Source: Mytilus californianus (lineage: Eukaryota). From it: DNA of 64,000 nucleotides. The number at the start of each line of letters is the position of its first letter. Position 1 is the first letter of the stretch. This document shows positions 54,101-63,100 of this stretch, in pieces. The stretch spans positions 75,764,001 through 75,828,000 of the forward strand of contig NW_026262581.1 in assembly GCF_021869535.1 (NCBI RefSeq). The letters are read 5' to 3'. The notes under the pieces were generated by a model. That model saw only the letters and a list, made by a program, of their open reading frames with translations, had not been told where the DNA came from and made no database searches. A program made the position numbers and the translations under genes.

Positions 54101-57100
54101 ATATTACCTGACAGGTATTAATCAGATTAAATCAATAGAGTAATAAAAAAAAATAATGAGTGAAATTAATCAGTTTCTTTTTTCAGGAGAAAAAGGAGGG
54201 GTATTTAATTAATTTTTAGTTTTAGCTGATAAAATTAATTAATGAATTTAATATTTTATACACGAACTGTGACCAAATATTAGTTGTTTATGTTTTAATC
54301 CCAGATATGATGGAAAGGAAAGGAGATTTAAATTTTGATACATTTCTTTCAACAATGAATTTGCACAGAAGAAAATATTGAAGTTAAAATTTTGACCTAG
54401 ATTTTAATGATTAGACAGTTGCATAAAATTTTTGTTATTTATATAAAAATAGACGCATGTATGAAAATATAATTAAATAAATAAACCTTGTTATGCTGAT
54501 AGGGAAAAAAACTCACCAAAAGATACCAGGCTTATGATTTGGTATGCCAGACATGCTTTTCATCCACACAACACTCGATCATCAGTGCTGCTTGAATCCA
54601 AACAGTTGGAAAGCCAAAAACACATCTAAGTTCAAAAGCATTGAAAACAAAAAAATCAAAAGAAGTTCTGCCAAATAAATGAGTGAATAAGTAATTGCTA
54701 ATTATCTTAAAAAAAATTGCATGTCATCACTCATTCTGACGGGGATCATTGTGAGTAATATGTAATTTAACGACAGGTGACACCTTACCTTGACCTCATT
54801 TTCATTATTCATTGATCGATAACCTAAAATAGACTGGTCTTGAGAGAAATGAAATGGGTTGGATGTTCATCTGGTGAAAATGTCACCAAATATTATCAAA
54901 TAGCCAATATATCAAATTATTGCTGTTCTCAGTCTTGAAAGTTACTGGAAGGTCTTTAATAAGAACTGAAATAGCCATACCTTACAGGAAGACAAAGATG
55001 ACCCTTATTGAACCTTATATACTTAAACAGTGCTTGCTGATATTTGTTGGTAACCAGTCTACATATATGTCTCTTTAATGTAACATACACAGGAGTAATT
55101 TGAAAAAAAAAACTGGTGAAATTTCTTAATAAATCTATCATTTGTTGCCAATCAAGGAAGTTTCCAACCATAACAATTACAAACAAACATGATGTTTTGT
55201 CTTGCCTGGGACTGGGAAACCTAGGGATGCTTCTCCGATGGCAGCACAATAAATGGCATAAATGTTTTATATTTCAGAAGGTAGAAGAGTTGAATAATCA
55301 AAGTCTTGTATACATTTTTTTTATGTTGAGGTTTCGTGATGATATCAGCTTGTCAATTCAAATAAATGATTATTCAACTATACTTGGTTTATAGAATCAT
55401 TGATAAGTATATGTATGTCTATAGTAAAAGTAAATGTGTTGATGCAAATGTGAATGCTTCAGTTTCATCAGTTACTTTTTAGAGCATTCATTATCTTAAC
55501 TGTTTGAGATAAGAATGTCTTCTTAAAAAAACCCACATAGTACTTATAGAATATTGTTAAACTTTGCAAGTGAGAAATGTACACAGAGCGATAAATTCTT
55601 TAGCAGGAAGAATTTATGCTAAAAGTTGAGAATTATATGAAAAAGTTTGTGTATACTTGTAGTTTGATTATTTCAGTGATGATCAGCATGGATGTAACAA
55701 GGTTCCTGGTTGCCATTGGGATATCTATAGTCAGGGAATATGTACCAATAATTCTCTTATTCCAGAAAGGTAGGACATTATTTTTACAATAATTTGAACT
55801 GAATACATTTTAAAGGAAAAAATAAAAAAAATATGGAGGCGGTGGAAAACTTTCAAAAGTGCATAGCATAGTCGTTTTGTATTCAAGCAGCAGCTATAAT
55901 GGATGATATTGCTATACGAAAAAAGAAAAATTATAAAGAAGCGCTGTTCTTGATTTAGTTTCTTCTTGAATGCTCAAAACTAAAAGATTGAAAGCTGCGC
56001 ATATATAAAAACTTAAGGAGCTATATGTGACCAGCAGGACCTAAACAGAATATCTAAGGTCAACTTTGTCTGACCTTTGCTAGTCTCCATCTTTTTAAGG
56101 GAACCCTGGTTACAAATGTTCAGCATTGTGTCAGTTCAGATATTTTAAGCAGCATGCATATTCACTTTAATTATATTTCATTTTAACTACAATTAATTTG
56201 AATTTACTCAAGGTCATAAAGGAGAAGGTCTGGTAAGGGCTTATTTTGGCATAAAATTTGAAGTACATCTGATGAAAGATGTTTGACATTTTTTAAACAC
56301 TTAAGTGTCTTCTTCAGTCGATCCAATTAGTTTATTTAAAAGATTTGAACTGATTTGGTCATTTAAAACGCCTAAAAATCTATCAAATATGCCACAAAAC
56401 GTCACATTTCAGATGGTTTTTGTCAAAAATGGAAGTGGATGCATTCGTGTTCAGTCTCAACCTTTATATATGTTATGTATCACCACCAAATACAACATAT
56501 ATTTCAATATTAAGACTGAACACAAGTGTGGCCACCTCCATTTAAGACAAAAACTGTCTAAAAATAAACATAAATGCTAAAATTGTGATGATTTCAGTAA
56601 TTTTGCTTGATTTAATGATGCTATTACCTGATGCATGTGCAATGTATTATCAAAAACAGCCCATATTTATGTAACAAAAGTATTTAACTTTCCAATAATT
56701 AGCTAAAAACTTTAATTTTTAACAAATTTTTGAAATGATATATTTTGGGGCCAAAAAAGGGGTCTTACCCGGCCTACTCCTTTCTGAAAAGTTTTTCTTT
56801 GGGTTATGACCATCTTTTCTGATAAAGTAAGGTTATATTTAAAATAAATGGGTGTTAACCAAGAAGAGAAAATGTTGTTGTAAAATTATTATTTTGCAGT
56901 TCATTTATAAACTAATAAGCTCATCTTTAAGCTTTTGATTAAATTGAATTATCTCCCCTTCATATAAGGGGAAAGATAGTTAAATAGGTAATCTTTGAAC
57001 TGGATCTTGGCTATTAGTTGGCATTAAGTAAGACAATAGTTTACTAGAGTGAAGATGACTACAGGGTACAAAAGAGCAAATTATTTATAATTTTATCATT

Positions 57101-60100
57101 GCATTTATAGTTTTTTAGCTTTTCTCATCACTTGGCGTCCGTCGTCCGTCGTCGTTAACTTTTACAAAAATCTTCTCCTCTGAAACTACTTGGCCACAAT
57201 CATCATTGGGGTCTCTAGTTTAAAAAATGTGTCCGGTGACCCAGCCAACCAACCAAGATGGCCGCCATGGCTAAAAATAGAACATAGGGGTAAAATGTAG
57301 ATTTTGGCTTATATCTCTGAAACCAAAGCATTTAGAGCAAATCTGACATGGGGGTAAAATTGTTAATCAGGTCAAGATCTATCTGCCCTGAAATTTTCAG
57401 ATGAATCAGACAACCCGTTGTTGGGTTGCTGCCCCTGAAGTGGTTATTTTAAGGAAATTTTGCCGTTTTTGGTTATTATCTTGAGTATTATTATAGATAG
57501 AGATAAACTGTAAACAGCAATAATGTTCAGCAAAGTAAGATCTACAAATAAGTCAACATGACCAAAATGGTCAGTTGACCCCTTAAGGAGTTATTGCCCT
57601 TTATAGTCAATTTTTAACCATTTTTCGTAAATTTTTGTAATCTTTTACAAAAATCTTCTTCTGAAACTACTAAGACAAATTTAACCAAACTTGTCCACAA
57701 TCATCATTAGGGTATCTAGTTTTAAAAATGTGTCCAGTGACCCCGCCCGCGAACCAAGATGGCCGACATGGCTAAAAAATAGTACATAGGGTAAAATGTA
57801 ATTTTTGGCTCATATCTCTGAAACCAAAGCATTTAGAGCAAATCTGACGGGTATAAAATTGTTCATTAGGTCATTATCTTGAATATTATTATAGATAGAG
57901 ATAAACTGTAAACAGCAATAATGTACAGCAAAGTAAGATCTACAAATAAGTCACATGACCAAAATTGTCAATTGACCTCTTAAGGAGTTATTGCCCTTTA
58001 TAGTCAATTTTTTACAATTTTCATAAATTTTGTAATTTTTTTTAAAATTTTTACAAAATATTTTCCACTGTAACTACTGGGCCAAGTTCATTATAGATAG
58101 AGATAATTGTAAGCAGCAAGAATGTTCAGTAAAGTAAGATCTACAAACACATCACCATTACCAAAACACAATTTTGTCATGAATCCATCTGTGTCCTTTG
58201 CTTAATATGCACATAGACCAAGGTGAGCGACACAGGCTCTTTAGAGCCTCTAGTTTTAAAATAAGCAAATATAAGAACTATGAAAAAGAAATAAACTAGC
58301 AGTATATCAGTGTCAGTGGCATTAACATGAATGACTAAATTCTTTTATTTTCAGAATTAAAGCTACAGTTTCTTTACCTTGTCTTGGACTGTACTCAAAT
58401 CAAACATTTTCTGAAGATGATGTAATCAAACAATTTAATGATTTACTTATGAATGATATTCCATCATTAGATAAAACTATGATGCAGATCAGTATGGTTC
58501 AGGTTTGTACTTGCCTATATAACAATAGGGAGATGTGGTAAGATTGCCAAAGACATAACTTCCCACCAATTTCTAGGCTTAAGTTAATTAATAAATCATG
58601 TGCCATAATCATGAATGGAATGCTGGGGTTCCAAGAAAGCTGAAATTGAAAGAAAATAATACCAAATGTATTGGTTGAGAATTATAAAGATTACATACTT
58701 TTTTTCTAGAGGTTATTGATTTGTAAACTGGCTAGCTGCCATTCAAACTTTATATACACATTACATATAATAAAACTTCCATCAGACTTTTATGAAGTTT
58801 GTGAATCAGACTAGTTTACACTGACTTTATTAGTTGACAGCTCATATGATTTGGACACTTAAACTGCCTGGAAGGATAAGTAGATTTTCCCCCAGTATTA
58901 ATTACATTTTTGCTTTGATTTTTCACAGGACAATACATTAATAGGGAGACAAATCCAGGTTGTATTACAAGGAAGAGTTACTTCCCTTCCTGTGTCAGAG
59001 ATCTGGTGGAATATACGACAGCTGATAGAAGGTCGCCAAAATGTTTCTGTAAATGGGACTGGATACCACATTATGGTACATCCTGTTACATACCAACAGT
59101 TTACAAAGTAAATGTCATACAATATGAAAATAAAAATATGTGGTATGATTGCCAATGAGACACCTCTCCACAAGAGACCAAATGACACATAGATTAACAA
59201 CTATAGGTCACTGTACAGCCTTCAACAATGAGTAAAACCCATACTGCATAGTCAGCTATTAAAGGCCCTGAAATGACAAATGTAAAACAATTCAAACGAG
59301 AAAACTAACGGCCTGATTTATGTACAAAGTAATAAACGAAAAACAAATATGATATACAGCAACAAACAACAACCACTGCATTACAGGCTCCTGACTTGGG
59401 ACAGGCACATACAGAATGCGGCTGGGTTAAACATGTTAGCTGGAGCCCAACCCTCCCCCTTACCAGGGACAGTGGTGTAACAGTGCAACATATGAACAAA
59501 CTATAAAAATCAGTTGAAAAGGGCTTTACTCATCAGATCGATACAAAGCATAAAAACAAGTAGCAAAAACACAGAGTGGGCGTGGCAGGGTACTTATACA
59601 TCCCCACAACAAAAAGACACTTAGTACAGATCTGAGAGTACTCGCAGTTACTGACAGCTAGTTCAAAGCCAATAACAACTAATAAAAGAAATCATGGATA
59701 AAAAAAAATCTAAAAAAGTTTGTTGTGATCAGATAAAAAAAATATATTCATAGATTCTACCTCCACAATGAGTAAGGGCTATTCCATTAAAAAGAATGTA
59801 CCAGGGTCGGACGGCAATTATAAAAAATCCCGTTGGTTGTTGATGTGCTGAAGCGGTTAAGGCCAGTGGTCCTTGGTGTTTAGAGAAACTAAGTATTGTT
59901 GGTTGTTGGTCTTTTTTGACAGTCAGTTTTTGTGACTGTCGGTTTCATTGTGTTATTTTTCGTTATTTATTATTATTTGTTTTTGCAAGGACTTATATAA
60001 CCGATTGTTTATGTCTCCTGCTCATATCGTGATATTTTGGAAAACATAACTGTTCCTGCGACTTACGCAGCGGCAGGCGCAACGTTGTATTCTACCTATG

Positions 60101-63100
60101 GTACCAGTTCTGGAAGTGCAAGAGTTACTTCCCTATAATGACAAGCACATGAGGTACGATGTCAAATTCTATTGAAAGAACCTTCGATTTGAAAGAAAAT
60201 AAAAATTAACTTTGCCGACCTTTTTAAGCATCAGTAGGGTAATTTTAAAACCATATTACTATTGAGATCTTATTCTAGTATTCTACAGGGTCCAAAGGCA
60301 ATGGCAAATACGTTTTTCCCAGTTTTCAATTTGGGACCAAAACTTCCAAACGATCTCAAAATTTATTTTTATCTTTATTATTCATGACAGCGATGCTCAT
60401 TTTGTTCAACCGCTAGCTTTATACTGAAAATCGCCATCAAGTAATGTGTAAATACGAGTAAAATCGTATCTGACTGACAAAAACAACATTGAAAAACAAT
60501 GGATGCCATAATCCGGAAATGAAGACAGTGACAATACCGGATCAGATTCCGGGGTCAGATAAGGGTAATTCCAGGTTTGCCGATCAAATACAATAAAAAA
60601 ATAATAATTCCAGGCAGGTGACAAAATACATCTATGATGATGAAATATAAACACTTGAATTGAAAACCAAAAGATATATGGAAAAGAAAGAAAAAGCATG
60701 AAATATTTTATACAGAAACTCAGAATAACTTTTAGTTCACAAATTTCATGTCAAAATCCAATGAAATGTGACAGTAATATTCTTTATCATTAATAAATGT
60801 TGATATTACGTGTAGATGTTTTTATAGAGTATACGCGGGAATTTCTCGCTGCATTGAAGACCTGTTGGTGACCTTCTGCTGTTGTCTGTTCTATGGTCGG
60901 GTTGTTGTCTCTTTGACACATTCCCCATTTCCATTCTCAATTTTATATATCTACAATTCCAAGAGGTAATTTCTTCTCAATTTTGAAGGGCCAGTAAAAA
61001 ATAAGTTATATATATTCCAGTTGGTTCTTGTATTATCATGAAACGACTTCCTGTTGGTTGGTGTTAAGATACATGGTACATTCCTCTTGGTCATGGGGGT
61101 ACTTAACAATTGCCTTCCGACCCTAGTACCTCCTTTTTAATGGAATAGCCCTAAGATTTTATTTCACCATTGGAGATTATTAAAAGTGAGGATTGTAGAT
61201 TGTTTTATACATGAAAGATTTGATTGTATGGAGAAAAAATATAAAATTTAAAGATGTATTTGTAGAATATTTTTCTCTTGTCAAATCTGTTTCTCTTAGA
61301 TGATATTCATTCTATTTGATTATAGGAAAAACTTTCTTTCTTCTGTGTGACTTATTTCCAATAAAATATGAGATTATTATTATTTTATTTTTTTGCAGTA
61401 TGTATATATCATTAACTGTAGATGGATTTGATGCTGACAGTTTGATACAAGACCATCCACTTAATGGAAGAGAAGACATTAGACATGCTGTCATAGAAGT
61501 GGCCAAATCATACATTAGACCCCAAATTGTTAAAAGTATTGGAGACTTCAAATTTATTATGGTAAATATTAAAACATTAAAATTTTCATTCATTTTTGTT
61601 AAATTCATTTTAACTTGTACACTATTTAGAGTTTGCAGAATTTCAATTTTGGTGTTAATTGTCAAACATCAAGGGCTGTAGGGTAACATCTAGATGCTAT
61701 CCTTATGGATTCTTTGCCCTTAATTTTTTTAGTGTTCATAAAGAAAAACGAAAGTTAAACTTCAGTGTTAACATTTTAATATGGACTTGGCATTGCTTAC
61801 AAAGCACACTCATTAATTTATATGCCCTTCCTTGCAAATTACACATAAGTTAGGATGCAGGATCCAGTACACACTTTAAGTAACCCAAAACATATTGGAT
61901 ATTTTAAAAATAGAATTGTCCGATGATTTTGGAAACAACAGTTGAAAAAAAGCTGTTTTAGGTATGTTAAAAAATTTAATGTTAATGATTAAAAGCAAAT
62001 ATTGGAAAAAAAAATCTCTTCTAAAGAATTGTTTTGGTCTTGTGGTATCATGCTTACCTTAACCGCATTAGGTCAAGAGTTAGATTCCTGGGTAGGGAAA
62101 ATGATAGACCTTAAAATTTGGAATTATCTTTATCACTGCCAAGCACACTGCATTTAGAAAAAAGTGCAAAGACTGGTTGACTCAGAGTCAGAATAATGTA
62201 TCTGAGAATGGTGACATGTCTTCCTACCAATCTTTGCCAATGAGCTAGCACATTAAAAATTTTGACTCTGCTAGTACAAAGCAGGGTATAATTATATCTT
62301 ATAAGCATGCTGTTAAGAAACGTACCATCAATCAATCAAGCAAAGGATTGTCATTGGATCAAGTGATGATTGACTGGCAGTTCTAACTTCCATATCAATT
62401 CAATAAAGGATATATGCTTTATTAAACCCAATGGAGAAATGAGGTGAATGTTATAATCTATCGTGGATTCCCTAGTCTGTAAATTCTGAAATTATTGCGT
62501 GCATTTATTATTGAGAATTTTGAAGAATGGACATATAAATGCGAGATTAATTATTGCGATTTCAGGCAAATTTGCATACAGATTTATGTATCATATATCA
62601 GAATTTGAGTTCTTATTAGTGCGATACTCACCCAGTCACATTATTTGCAATAATAAAAACCTCGCAATAATTTCTGAATTTACAGTATTTTACTAGCAGT
62701 ATACATATATTTTCAGGATGAAGTGACATTTTCTGTGGACAGTAGCTATGACAACAGTATCGATCTTAGGTCAGAGTATGATATTTTACAGAAGGCTGTC
62801 ACAAATGGCAAGGTCAATGTCACAGTCAATGAGCAGACATATGATGTCAAATATATTTTCTTTATTGGCAGTTTTGATCATCTATGTCCAAGGAGCTGTG
62901 ATGAAGGGTATGCAATACTGATAGATATTTTCTGACTGCTTTAATTGTTATTAACCTTGGTGGAAATGTGTGAAACTATTTTACACGATTAATAGGTAAA
63001 ATATGTGCAGAACATGTAGACAAGGTAAACAGAAACAAGGGAATATTTTATTAAGTGTAAGGTCAGAAGGGCCCATCCTGAATGTGTTGGTAAATTGCAC

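Noticed and set aside
53960-54120. Paired CCAAT/ATTGG boxes as a promoter for the nested gene
   Set aside because: Short motifs are common in AT-rich DNA and the 5' UTR exon(s) and TSS could not be fixed.
56270-56325. CTGAAGA-stem-loop on the minus strand resembling a hammerhead
   Set aside because: The GAAA core is absent (TAAA/AAAA), and it lies within a TIR MITE where a hairpin can arise by chance.
61312-61665. 117 aa minus-strand ORF (also 8508-8810 and 19515-19787)
   Set aside because: Antisense shadows of real + strand exons.
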